A DNA stretch of 64,000 bases from Geosiphon pyriformis uo1 (Eukaryota > Fungi > Glomeromycota). A program made the position numbers and the translations under genes. The stretch covers positions 491,912 to 555,911 of the forward strand of contig JAAOMT010000590.1 in NCBI GenBank assembly GCA_016748015.1. Reading direction: 5' to 3'. Positions 37,674 through 50,036 of this stretch are shown here, one piece after another (the stretch's first letter is position 1; each line of letters starts with the position of its first letter). The notes beneath the pieces were generated by a model. That model worked only from the letters and a program-made list of their open reading frames with translations, did not search any database and was not told the DNA's origin.

Positions 37674-39056
37674 ATGAACATACAAAAATATTAACAACTC
37701 CAACATTATATAAACACTCAACAGTTCAAAGAGAATTTATCTCAAATAGAACAAAAGAGGATCAAACAACAATCAAAATATTTTATCACTCACTAAAATA
37801 TACTTTATCAGAAAAATAGAAAAGATCTAGATCAACCAACCAGAGTAATTACAGAGCCAGAAAAGGAGACAATATTATTCAACATGCACTCAAATCCAAC
37901 AGCCGGACATTTTCACAAAGAAGCAACCATAAAAAGAACCAGAAAAAAATACTATTGGCCATCAATATATCCAGACATTATCCAATATGTTCAAAATTGT
38001 GACGCTTATCAGTAAAGAGGAGGAACAAGACCCAGTGAACCATTAAGACCAATCAAAGTGGGACAACCATTTGACCAGATTGGAATTGATTTAGTCAGAC
38101 CATTAACAATCACCAGCAGAGGAAACAGATATATAGCAGTAGTCATGGACTATCTCACTAAATGGCCAGAGGCGAAAGCAATTCAAAGAGCAGATGCAAA
38201 ATCCGTTGCTGAATTTGTTCATTAAGATTTGATCTGTCAACACAAATGTCCAAAAGAACTATTATCAGACCAAGAAACCCACTTTGTGAATAGAACATTA
38301 GCAGAATTAAACCAAAGATTCGGAATTAAGAGACCACTATCATCACTATATCATCCATAAACAAATGGTCTAGTTGAAAGATTTAATAGAATATTGTGTG
38401 AAGCAATTGCCAAACTCAGCCAAAAAAACCAGGACAAATGGGATTTGTTTATACTATCAGTATTATTTGCTTATCAAACAATGAAGCAAGACACTACACA
38501 AACAACACCATTTGAATTAGTATACGGTAGAACAGCAATATTACCAGTAGAGAAAAAAATTAATACATATCCAGCTGAACCAATAACAGAAAAAAATTTT
38601 CAAGAAACATTGCTAAGAAGAACATATGACTTAATGGAAACATTGAAAAACAAATGAAAAAAAGCAGCTGATAATATTCAAAAGTCATAAGAAAAACAGA
38701 AAGAAAGACACAATAGTCAACTACTAAACAAACTAGTTGAATTCAAGATTGGAGACAAAGTACTCTTACATCATACCAAAGCAGAAAAACAATGGAGTGG
38801 AAAATTCGACCCCAAATGGGATGGACCATTTTACATAAAAAAAATTCTAGGAAATGGAGCTTACAAATTAAGACTGGATAACAAAATTTTAACCAAAGCA
38901 ATATATGGAGATCGACTAAAACCATATCACAACATCACACTACCATTTACCAATAATATTCCACAATTAGGAGTACAGAGAATACTAGTCCAACCAGATA
39001 AGATTCCACGAGATCTGGAACCAATTGTTATTATTGACAACAACATGTTAAATTGA
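37674..39056 (+). pseudogene. Integrase of element D, separate ORF
   Basis: ATG MNIQKY; HSNPTAGH; IGIDLV; SDQETHF; NGLVERFN; WDGPFYI. Confidence 0.9.
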
Positions 39057-39111
39057 TCCATCAAAAAAAATATATAAAGACACAGTAGACACGACAGGAA
39101 ATATCAGAAAA

Positions 39112-39741
39112 ATGGAGATTACAGACAACATTTACTTACTAGCACAACAACTTTTTCAATTAATTCAACACCAAGAAATGGAAATTACAATCAATCAACA
39201 AACCATTCAATATCAAGATACTAAAAAGACATTGCAACACAGAAAACAGAAGAAACCAGAAAATACTGTCGACAAAATCATGGCAAAAGTAAAATTAGCA
39301 ATAAAAGAATTGACAAAAGAGTCACTATATCAAGAGTTGACTAAAGAAACTTGGAATTGGTGGATACAACAATTTCCACGAAACTATTGTTATTTTTACT
39401 TGGAACAACACATAAATATCCAGAATCTATATACGGATAAAACAAAGTGATTATTTGACAAAAAAATACTACAACAATTAGAACATTTTGTGGGAAAGAA
39501 CAACTTATCTACACAGGCCCAAGCTATATACCAAATACACACAGCATTTCAGAATAGACCAGAAATATTATTCAACAAAGCAATAAATATGATTACCAGT
39601 AATTAATTGGGAAAGATCACTAATGCTCAATTTGAAGAATTACAAACTCAAATAACACAAGTAATTATCGAAAACAAAATCTAGGAGATACTTCAAAAGA
39701 GGGAATTAACAGAGTTGGATTTCGACAGAGCTCAATATTAA
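39112..39741 (+). pseudogene. ORF3 (env-position ORF) of element D
   Basis: AAAAATGG start; about 209 codons with 3 internal stops; ends LDFDRAQY* at the PPT. Confidence 0.78.
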
Positions 39742-39754
39742 AAGGAAGGAATAA

Positions 39755-40607
39755 TGTTACTCATAGAAATATAGGAAATATATTAGCATGATTATTAGCC
39801 AATCAGAAGTAGGCGTAATAAATGTGGAATTCCAGGATTTCTTTCAGGAATTGCAGGATTCCAGGAATTTCAGGATTCCCCGACGAAGAATTCCAAGATT
39901 CCAGAATTCCAGGATTCCTCTCAAAGAAATCGCAGAATTTCTGTCATGAAAAATCAAGAAATTGAGGAATCTCAATTATGTATATATAGCAGCAGGATTA
40001 GAAGCTGAAAAGACAGATCTCTCAGTTTAGATTTGATCTAAGCAACCTTCCAGTTCCCAATTATCAAATAAATAATTATTTTATATCTCAATTCACTCTC
40101 TACTATCAACACTTCATGTTGATAGTAATTGATACTTAAACATGCTGGAACAATAGCTCTTGATCATGGCTATTGACAGGATACTAACTTACCAAACTGC
40201 CTTGGCTTATTTTCATTATTGTTATTTTCTTTATTTTATTTATTTTTTTCTTTGATTTTGTTGTACATACTAATTGATTAAGGATTAAAAGCACTAAGTT
40301 ATTGATATCACAGATAGTCTGATAAAAGACCCAGAAATAAGGATAGATTTATATATATTATCAGTTAGCTTACCAGAAGGGCACAACTGCCAGAATAAAT
40401 CCAGCCATCAAGCTGAGAAAGAAATTGGAAAACAACTGACAACAAACGACGAATTGCCATACTATTGAATCTCTGTTTATTATACAAAGAACTTCATCAA
40501 AACTTTCAGATACAACACTTTCAGAATATCATCAATGGCAATAGCTTTTGAGCACCAAGTTATGGGTTTATTATTTGACTTGAGACTCCAAATATTCAAC
40601 TGTAACA
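39755..40607 (+). repeat. 3' LTR of element D
   Basis: Direct repeat of 30516-31364. Confidence 0.95.
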
Positions 40608-40898
40608 ATGTCAAGAATAGCCTGATAAAAGACCCCAAAGGAAGAGTATAGGAATTGAGAATTTAAGGATAGCTTACCAGAAGGGCATCTCTGCCAAAAT
40701 TACTGGCCACCACATTGAGAAAGAAATTTGATAGAATTGTGATTCTGGAAGGCTATAGAAAAGACAACACTTGAATCTCTGTCTATTATACAAAGGACTC
40801 TACAACAAAACCTTCAAATATCGACACCAGAACATCAACCCAGCACCAAGTTACAGATTTGTTATTTGACTTGAGACCCCAAATAATCATCTGTAACA
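40608..40898 (+). repeat. 3' half of a B-type LTR
   Basis: Matches the reverse complement of about 23626-23915; ends CTGTAACA. Confidence 0.88.
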
Positions 40899-43630
40899 GA
40901 ATTTATGTAAATAATTAAAAAACTGCTTAATAAAAAAGTTGCTGGTTTTTTTGGTATTTTTAATAAAATTTAGAAACATGGTAATATGTAGATTTTAGGT
41001 AATTAATTGGATATTTTTAATGTATGTTTAGTATTAAGTATGATTTTTATACAATAAAAAAGGGCTTGAGTTTCTATAATACCAAAGTTATATTATTAAG
41101 AAAAAATTTTTACTAATACCAGACCAATAGCTTTGATTAAAATAACCAGAAAAATTTGTCTAAGATTCTTTTAGACAGAATTTTTTCAGTTTATAATAAG
41201 TTTAATGTCTTATGTGATAATAATTTCTTAATATTGAAAAGTATATCCACTTAAACTTTTATTTTTGTTATTGGTTCTATAATTGAGAATGTATTGAAAA
41301 AAAACAAAAAACTGTAATTAGTTCTTTAAAATATGTATAAAACATATAATTTTATTAAATAAAATTATTTAGAAAACAGTTCAGTTAAGATCAAAATATA
41401 TTTCTATTTTATTAAGTTTTTTGGAAGTATATATAATAATTGAATCAACTAAATAATAATAAATTTTGGATTTATAAAAAAATACACTATTTATAATAGT
41501 CTAAATTAGAGTAAAGTTTTTTTGCTATTGCTGTAAAAAAAATTTTATAACTTTTTGTTTTATAAAGTTAAAAAACATAATAGTTTATTTAACTATAGAT
41601 TAAATTCAAAGTTTTTTATATGAATTAACAAACAGAATTTTAAGGATAACAAGATGTTTTTCTGGCAGTTAGAGCTTTTATGAATAATATGATATAAGTT
41701 AAGAATAGCATGTCTGCTATTTAATATATTTTGAACATAGCTAGTAAATTTTTTCAAATTATTGACATTTTAATTAACACAAATAAGACAATTATCATTT
41801 TTATTAATTAAAAAATAGATATTTCTTATTTGTTAATAAGTAGATCAAATATTTTAATAGTAAAAAAAAGTAAATCTCATAGATACTTGAACATTTTTTT
41901 ATCTATAAATAGTTTTTTTAAACCAAGTATTGCCAAAACTTATTCAAATGTAAAGTTTTTACAAATTTGGTTTTAAAAAAAACTATTTCTAATAAGCAGT
42001 TTTTGTATTTGGTATCTGATTTATAATAGGCTATAAATTGCAATTTAGTCATATTTCAGTAAGCATATATAAAAAATAGAACAAAATATTAAGAAAAAAT
42101 TTAAAGCTTAAAACCAATTTACCTAAAAACTTTCTCAATAAAGCTATTTTCTATTTTAAATTATATAAACTTAAAACATTCAAATAAATGTAGACCAAAA
42201 ATTTACTGACAAATTTGGTAGTTTATGCTAATTTAAAAAGTATTTTTGACAAATTATTTGAACACAGAGCTATAAATCTGCAGACTGTTAATTAAATGCT
42301 TAAACAATTCTTTTGTTTTTTAATTACATTGTCAATTAATTTTATAAATTGCTTTTTGACAAATAAAATTAATATTTTAGTATTATGTGGATTGTTATTG
42401 TACAATAATCTGCTTAATGTGTTTTAGACTGGTAATAATATTGCTATTGCAAATTTTTGGAATTGAAACAATATTTAAGTATAGTAAATTTGCTAAGAAA
42501 ATTTGGTATTGTTTTTGTAAACCAACTTTTGGATTATTGTAATATATGTTTTACTTGGAATATTTTTCACAAATAAAAAAAACTAGACTTTAAAAGTCTA
42601 ATTTTTTGTTGGTTTTGTTTGTTGGTTAAATTTATTGAAGATAGAAGTCTGAACTATAATAGTGCTTTGGTTTTTTTTCTTATTTCTAGTAATTGTTTAT
42701 ACAACTTTGGTCTTATTAATAAATGTTTGTTAAAAAATGGTTCTAATAATATAATTGTTTATACTAATAAATCTGTTAAGAGTTTAAGATCTGTAAATAC
42801 TGACAGTAGTACTGTTGTTTACTTTTTAAATATTAATATAAGTGTAGAAATAGGATGCATAGGTTGTTTTTTTAATTCTGATTAAAATGCAGATCATTGC
42901 TTTTGCTTTGAAATATGTTCTTGTATCTAGCTTAATTGTGTTGTTTATAAATAATCAGATATCTTTAGATATAAGTATCTTGTTTAAAAAAATAGTAATT
43001 TTAATTTTTGTAATAAATATTAAATAAAAAAAGAACATATTTATTAGATTATTGTATTGAAAAATCTATTAGTTAATTGAAACAAAGTTAAAGATTATTC
43101 CAAAATTATTGACAATAAGCATGCTAATTTTTTTGTTGATATTGCCATTATGCTGTCTCTTATACACATCTATGAGGCTAGATTTTCTAATTGTATATAC
43201 ATATTATTAGTTAAAAATTTTGTAATAAAAAATTGAATAGTTAACACAGTATGTTTATTAGATAGCAAATCTAATAATATATTGTTGATTACTAATTTGG
43301 TTTAAGATTTCACTAAAGATTACAAATCTACTATATAGTTGTTAACTGCCAGATTGAGAATACATTATAAAAAGCATAATTTTTTGTTACATAATAGCTC
43401 TGTAGTCTTAATCATATCTTGTTTAGTATCTGTATAGTTTTTTAAAATGATTTATGATTATGGTATCAGATTAGATGTTTATTTTTGTTTTGGTCTGCAT
43501 TTTTGTTTGTCTAGTATATATTTTGGTTTTTTGTATAACTTTTTTGTAATAGATAGTTTAAGTACATAGTACTGTCTTAATTAGTCTAAATGGCTGGTTA
43601 TATATAAAAAGAATATAAGTTATACTTAAT
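40899..43630 (+). mobile_element. LINE-like retrotransposon relic (RT, RNase H, 3' end), heavily AT-shifted
   Basis: KKLLNKKVAGFFGIFNKI*KHG, LTNTRPIAL and VYTNKSVK (decayed YTDGS) motifs. Confidence 0.72.
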
Positions 43631-43699
43631 ATAAGATCTTATATAATTGTATAATTTTAGATAGTAGTTAAATTGTACTCATAAAACTATTAATAAAAA

Positions 43700-44346
43700 A
43701 AATATGTATTAATTATTTAATATTATATAATTAATTGTTTTATTTTTAAATAATAAATAATAAATTAATTTAGTTATTGATCTAATTATTAATTTAGTTG
43801 TTAATTTGGTTATTGATTTTTTTAATAAATATATAAACAATGAATTTTTTAGTTATAAAAAAACATATAATTCAAATAATAAATATAAAAATACATATTT
43901 AATAATTTTTTGTATTACCTATTTTTCTTTTTTTTTTCTTATTTTTAAGTAATTAAACATTTGTAAATAAAGAATTACTTGTTAGTATTTACATATTTTT
44001 TTTTTTTTTTTAGAATTAAACTGAAAAGTCATTTGCTTGCTTTTGTAATTTATTAAATAAAGAAATAATTAAAAAACACAATAATATTTGTTATTAATTT
44101 TAAGAATTGTTAAGTAAGACAGAATAATATCAGCAGTGTTATCCTTGTTAACAATTATAAACTATTCTTTTACTTTCAAATTTTCTAGAAAAGATTAAGC
44201 AACTGTAATTTTAAGACTGATCACATTTATTGAATCTTTATCAATTCAATTCACTTCTTTGATTGAATTTCTTCTTTGATTATTTCTATTACCTTCAATA
44301 ACCTTTTTTTTTGTTATCCATTAGCTTGTTACTTAAACCTGTAACA
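43700..44346 (+). repeat. Decayed solo F-type LTR (5' boundary approximate)
   Basis: 43930-44346 aligns to the reverse complement of 29614-30020; ends ATCCATTAGCTTGTT...CTGTAACA. Confidence 0.7.
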
Positions 44347-45380
44347 ATATAAAACTTTTTTTTACATTATTGAAATTATTTAAATAATTATTAACTTATT
44401 ATATATATTTATACAAAGTATAACTATCCTAAATGATAAGACTACAAACACAGCTCATGCACTTTTTATACGTGACCAGCCAATAAATACGATAAATACC
44501 AAATATTATAATTACTAATTTTTTATTAATAAATTTATTAGTTATAAATTATTACAATTATCGTAAAGTAATAATTAATTATATTAATTTTAAATAGCTT
44601 ATATACATATCTTATTATACAAACAGAATTATAAAAATTTAAGAGTATATTTTTCGTAATCTAATAAATAAGATCATTTTACAAAATAATTTTTTAAAAA
44701 AATTCAAGACAAAAAATACTAAAAATAATTTAAACAAGATTATTTTATAGATAAATATTTATTGAATAAATAATAATAATAATAATTAATTAAAATTTTT
44801 TATTAAAAAGCTGATAGAAGAGCATCAATCTGTCGTTTAAATGAGCTAAATTTTTGAGCAGACAAAATATGTATGCTGATAGACTTTCATCTTATTTTGG
44901 TCAAAGAAGTTCTCGGAGTTGTTGTAAGGATGGGTTTATACAGGATGAAAGTTTCAGACAAAGTTAGCATTGGCTAATTCTCAGATGGTGAGACAACGTT
45001 CGGGAAAAATTGTTTGATTATGTTTATTTTCTATTTTCCACGATAAACATCCTAATAAGGATATTTAACTATAAATCATCGCGAGATCGGTGATCCTTGA
45101 GCTTATTCAATTTTATCAATTGTCTAAAGAATTTTTGTCGTCCTATAGCTCACCACTTCACTTATTAACTCAATCGGTTATATAGAAGTAGGGAAAACAT
45201 ATAGTTTATCCAAGTTTTTGTAACAGAGGTCCCTGTTACTATAACAGTAATTTTGAACTGAAAGTATCCGGAAAAAAGTTCATTGAAATTCAAAGAGTAT
45301 TGGAGATTGAAAGAATAGTTACAAAGATTACAAATCAAGCAAGTACAGATGAATTATATTTATGAAGATAGCAATTGATA

Positions 45381-48300
45381 TCAGGGTTCTATTCCATCAT
45401 TCCAATTCACAACAATCCGTCGATCCGTCCATTCTCCAATTTCTTCGCTTCCATTTCCCTCCGCCAGATCATGATCTCTTTCTTCAATCTGATAAGCCCC
45501 GAAATCCAGAACTTCGAACCATGTTACTTGATTGCGTTGAACAGCAGCGACACAACGACGCTCGTCAAATCTTACCTGCCTAAAATGGTTTTCAAATTAA
45601 TAAGCAACAAAAAAAACTTGGTTATATTAAATTAACTAATTAATCCTTACCAAACCCCGCTCAATCCAGTTAGCAAGTCTCGGATGGATCGGCCAGTTCT
45701 AACGTCCCACATTTTCAAAACACCGTCAGAACCAGAGATGACTTTATGGTCATCATGTTGGAAGCAAGTTATAGCCCCAGTGTGAGCGGTCAAAACATGT
45801 CTACAGGTACCATCATCGGGATTCCAAATCCGAAGACTTGAATCAGCCGCTGCGGACACGAGAAAATCATGTGAGAGATCGAGAAGTCCCACTAGAGAAG
45901 AATGACCTGATTTGGGGTTGAATAATTAATGATACGAAACAAAAAGGAAATAGAGCTATCATCATAGGCAGCCTTATGCCGACTATTACTTTAAAAGCTA
46001 TGATAGATTTTATACCTTCTAATGTCCAAACACATGTACCATCTTCTAAACTCCACACTTTAACCGTACCATCCATACTTCCACTCATACATCTCTTACG
46101 TTTGGCATCTAATACAACCGAATAAACTTTTTGTGTATGACCATGCAAACGCCAAAGGCATTCACCAGTCATAATGTTCCATACTCGTACACTGCAATCA
46201 TAACTTCCACTGACCAGTGTATTACCTACACCTGCCAATGCTCTTACTGAGTGTGTATGACCTTGAAGCGTGCGAACAAAATAAGGATTTTCAACTAATT
46301 GAGAATTGTCAGAGGGTGATGAGGGTATGTTAGGGGTAAAAGTAGGATCAATTGTTGGATTAGGTAAACGCCATACTCTCAAGGTAGAATCTCTTGATCC
46401 AGTAACAATTAAAGGAATAGGGGGTTCAACTATAGGCGGCTCGTTGGGATTAGAATTAACATTTTGCGGCAATATGATTTGCAAACAACGGACAGTACTG
46501 GTGTGCCCAGGGAAAACGTGTGTGCAAATACCCCTTTCAATGTCCCATACACGAACAGTTCGATCAGTGGATCCAGAAACTAATGTATTGTCTACGTATT
46601 GTAAAGCCCAAACACCACCATCATGACCCACAAGTCTTTTTCGCAAATCACCAGTGTTTGTATCATAGACATTAATGCATTGGTCATCAGATCCACTGAT
46701 GATTTTGTCGGAATCAAATTGCAGGCAAGTCACCACATTATTCCCGTGCCCAGGGAAAGAAATATGTCTAGAACGACCATTGTTCCAATTTTGACGAATG
46801 AGATAATGACGACGGTATATAGCTTTGTATGGATGACCAGCAGAGGGAACCAAAGGAAGGTTTTCTTCCGTAATGTCAGCTCTCTCGCTACTTCCTTGTG
46901 ACATACCGTCCACATCACTATCATCTCCATCGTAAGGTCTATCATCATCGTTTTGAGATACTTCAGTCCTAAAATTGCTCCATTGACGATCAGATCGGCC
47001 TTTGCCTTTATCACATCTTTGCGGTGAGGCGAAGCGTCTCATATAAGGTATGGAGCTTAGATTCAGCTCTTCATTATTTTTTTCATGAAATGTTTGGTCA
47101 ATATCAAGTGACATTTGATCATGTAAACTGTCCCGAATATCATTGCTCATTAATAAATTTTTATTTTCAATTTTGATGGCAAGTCTATCATGAGCTACAG
47201 TCCTTTCAAGTCTCATATTTTCGCCATTATCTTCGTCATTTTCTACAACAGTCCTTTCTTCAGAGGAAGATGCTCCGCTTTCTTCCTTGACAGCAAGAGT
47301 ACAATTGAGTTGTTTGTTTCTATGATTGGCTGGTTTTATTGAACGTAAAGTTCCCCAATTTTCTGAAACTGCGCGAGATTCTTCACCTTCATCAATGCCA
47401 AAGCCATCTGCTTCAAGTCTGCGTTTCCAAGTAAAGCCATCACCATCAATGACAGTTCGCCATCTTTTGCTGACTCGAGCTGCCCGGCACATACTTGGAG
47501 CGTCAAGATATCTGACAATTTGTAGACTTAATTCGAGTGGGAGGATACCAAGAAAGTCTCTTCTTAATGCAGGTAAAATAATGTTGCTAACATATTGAAG
47601 GGTGTTTGTAGGACAACGTCGAAGAAGATGAAAAAGCATATATGATTGCATTGAAGATGGTAATGCATCAAAAGTTGATAGCATGGTCGGTAGATCCAAT
47701 AAACTGGGAACATGTGCGCTGGCTGAACTGTCTTGAGATTTTCGAGTCCAACTTGGACCAGTATGTGCGTTGGAGCCATTATCATCAATCATTGAATCAT
47801 CGCGATCGGTGTGTTCACCAAAAAAACTTTCAAATTGATTGCCACCATTCAAAATTGAGTCACCAGTTATTGGTGAAAGAGAAGGTGATGGTAGGGCTGA
47901 TGAGTGAGTGCTTCTTGTTGTAGATGGTGTATCAATCCCGAGATTGGAGTTTGTAATCGTATTGTTGAAATGTCTTGTTGATGAAGCAGGAGTTGGCTGT
48001 ATAGTTATTGAAGAGGAACCAGGCGTAGAAGTTTCTCCTTGAAAATTATTAAAGGGAGTGTGGGATTTAAGAATCGAACTGACATCTATATCGTCGTCTA
48101 GCATTAAGCCGGCAGACTTTGCACGGGCTTTTTTATGAGGTGGGGACAAAGATCTACGAGCATGTGAGGCTTTTGATCCATATGTACCGCTATTGTTCAC
48201 TTTTTGGTGTCCAGATGTAGCTATATCAAACGGAATTTCAACTGGAGACGCTGGACGTTTTCTTGAGCCAATTCCAGAAATTTTCCTTTCAGCTGATTCG

Positions 48301-49061
48301 AGGGAAAGTAACTTTGTTTCGGGTTGCATGACTGAATCAGAAATTGCTTGTATTGTCCTCGTTGTAGAAGTTGAAGTCGGCCCGGATGCTCTCATATTAT
48401 AAAGAGCTTCTTGAAGCTAGATATAAAAAATAAAAATCAAATATATTTTTGAAAAAATGAAATCAGATGAAGAATTTCGAGAAAATCTACAATGCTGTCG
48501 AGATTCATAAAAAGAATCAAGAGACCGTGGACAAGTAAGCAATTTACTCATATCAATAAGATAGTGGGTACCTATGCCCTGTTTTGATTAAGCGAACAAT
48601 CGTAAAAATAAATCAATAATACAATCATATTACAATACACATACTTTGATCATAGCTTCTTCAGAATCTTCATCTTCGCGAAAATAAGTTGGCTCTCCGT
48701 TCAAATCAAAGCAAAAACGTTTTAGAGCCGGCGGTGTTGGTGTATCAGCTAAAGGATAATCCTTGGGATCCAACTCTTTTGGCAAAGGTGGAGGTCGCAG
48801 TAAAAGTGGAGGGAAAGTTGTAGTAGTGGTCGTAGTAGTAGTAACTACCGTGGTAGTAGTAGTGGGCGCCAAAGAAATAGTTGCCGCTGTCGGCATCCGA
48901 GTTAGAGTTGGTTCTCTGGTTAACATGGTAGCCAATGGGGGAGGTATGCTAGAGATGAAGGGAGTTAAACTAGAAACAGGTGTTGATGGTAAAGTTGACT
49001 GGGTAGCATCGGGTTCAACATCGGGAATGCCAATTTTCGGAGTCTGATGATCATGGCTCAT
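45381..49061 (-). CDS. CDC4: F-box/WD40 SCF substrate receptor, Cdc4/Fbw7 family
   Basis: Exons about 49061-48645, 48416-46016, 45906-45651 and 45579-45381 with GT-AG introns; F-box LPLELSLQIVRYLD; WD40 repeats (SGSDD, SGSTDRTVRVWD, GHTSTVRCL). Confidence 0.92.
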
Positions 49062-50036
49062 TATGTGCCAAGTCAAGTCTCATGAAACCTACAACAAGGT
49101 TGGAAAAGTTTTGCTCTTAAGTATATTTTCAAAATTTCATGTTTTAACTTTATAAACTTTCCAGAATTTTTCAAGATGAAGCAAAAAGGGTTACCAATTA
49201 TAGCTTGTAACTCGAACTACTCACACTGAAAGACAATAAAGTAAAGGAAAAAATACGTGTCGAGGTATTCAACCAATTTTTGAGACGAGTAAAGGCGCGT
49301 GACAAACAATAACACCGAAGAGTGAAAGGAACCACAATGGGAGAAACTTGGTAGGAGGATGCGCAAGGGTAATAATTATGACAAATTATAGTTCTATAAG
49401 AGAAGAGGAAAAATATTTATCTTGAGCCACTTTTCTCAAGGATCTAAGACAAGAAAAAGGGATGAAAATGCCAAGGGGTGAAAAACTATATTATACGAAA
49501 AAGGACCTAGTATTAAAAAATATCGAGCCTTCTTTTATCTCTAGCTCGGCAAATGACCGTCGGTCGAAAAGTTTTGAAAAGTAAAGCAACAACTAGCGTT
49601 GTGCATATGAGTATGGTGCACAAATAGGGGGCCCAATTGTTGACGATTGGGTAGGCGAAGCATTCAATATGCTTTTAAATATCATTTTCAAAGATCAGTG
49701 ATCCAGCGGGTCATTATAAGAGTAGGAATCAGAGATCAAAAGACTAAAGTCGTTAGTTGTGAATCGATAGTATCAGAAAACTTCTATTATCTTAAAGGTT
49801 CAATCTCACTGCTAATAGTAATAGGTAAATTTACCTGAACGGGTTTTGACGTAAAAATTATGTTAGTTGTATAAGACATGCGATACAAGAATAATAGAGA
49901 AACCCTGTACAGAAATTAGGGAAAACGTACGACAATAAATAAATAAATATTAAACAATTACTAATTATCTTACTACGAAGTATTAGTATTTAAAGATGTA
50001 TATATTCTCCGTTGGGCGATTAGATAATGCCACTAT

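Larger units (their letters stand above)
30516..40607 (+). mobile_element. Ty3/Gypsy element D, full length but degenerate
   Basis: LTRs 30516-31364 and 39755-40607, PBS 31367-31383, PPT 39740-39754, gag-pol, integrase, ORF3. Confidence 0.95.

Noticed and set aside
39112-39741. ORF3 as a true envelope glycoprotein
   Set aside because: Too short, and no signal peptide, furin site or transmembrane helix is visible.
30512-40611. ATGT/ATGT as a true TSD of element D
   Set aside because: The flanks belong to different elements (F ORF3 vs a B LTR), so they cannot be one duplicated target; better explained by rearrangement plus target preference.
46306-48402. Plus-strand ORFs opposite CDC4 (and similar ones opposite the kinase)
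   Set aside because: Antisense shadows with no recognisable motifs.
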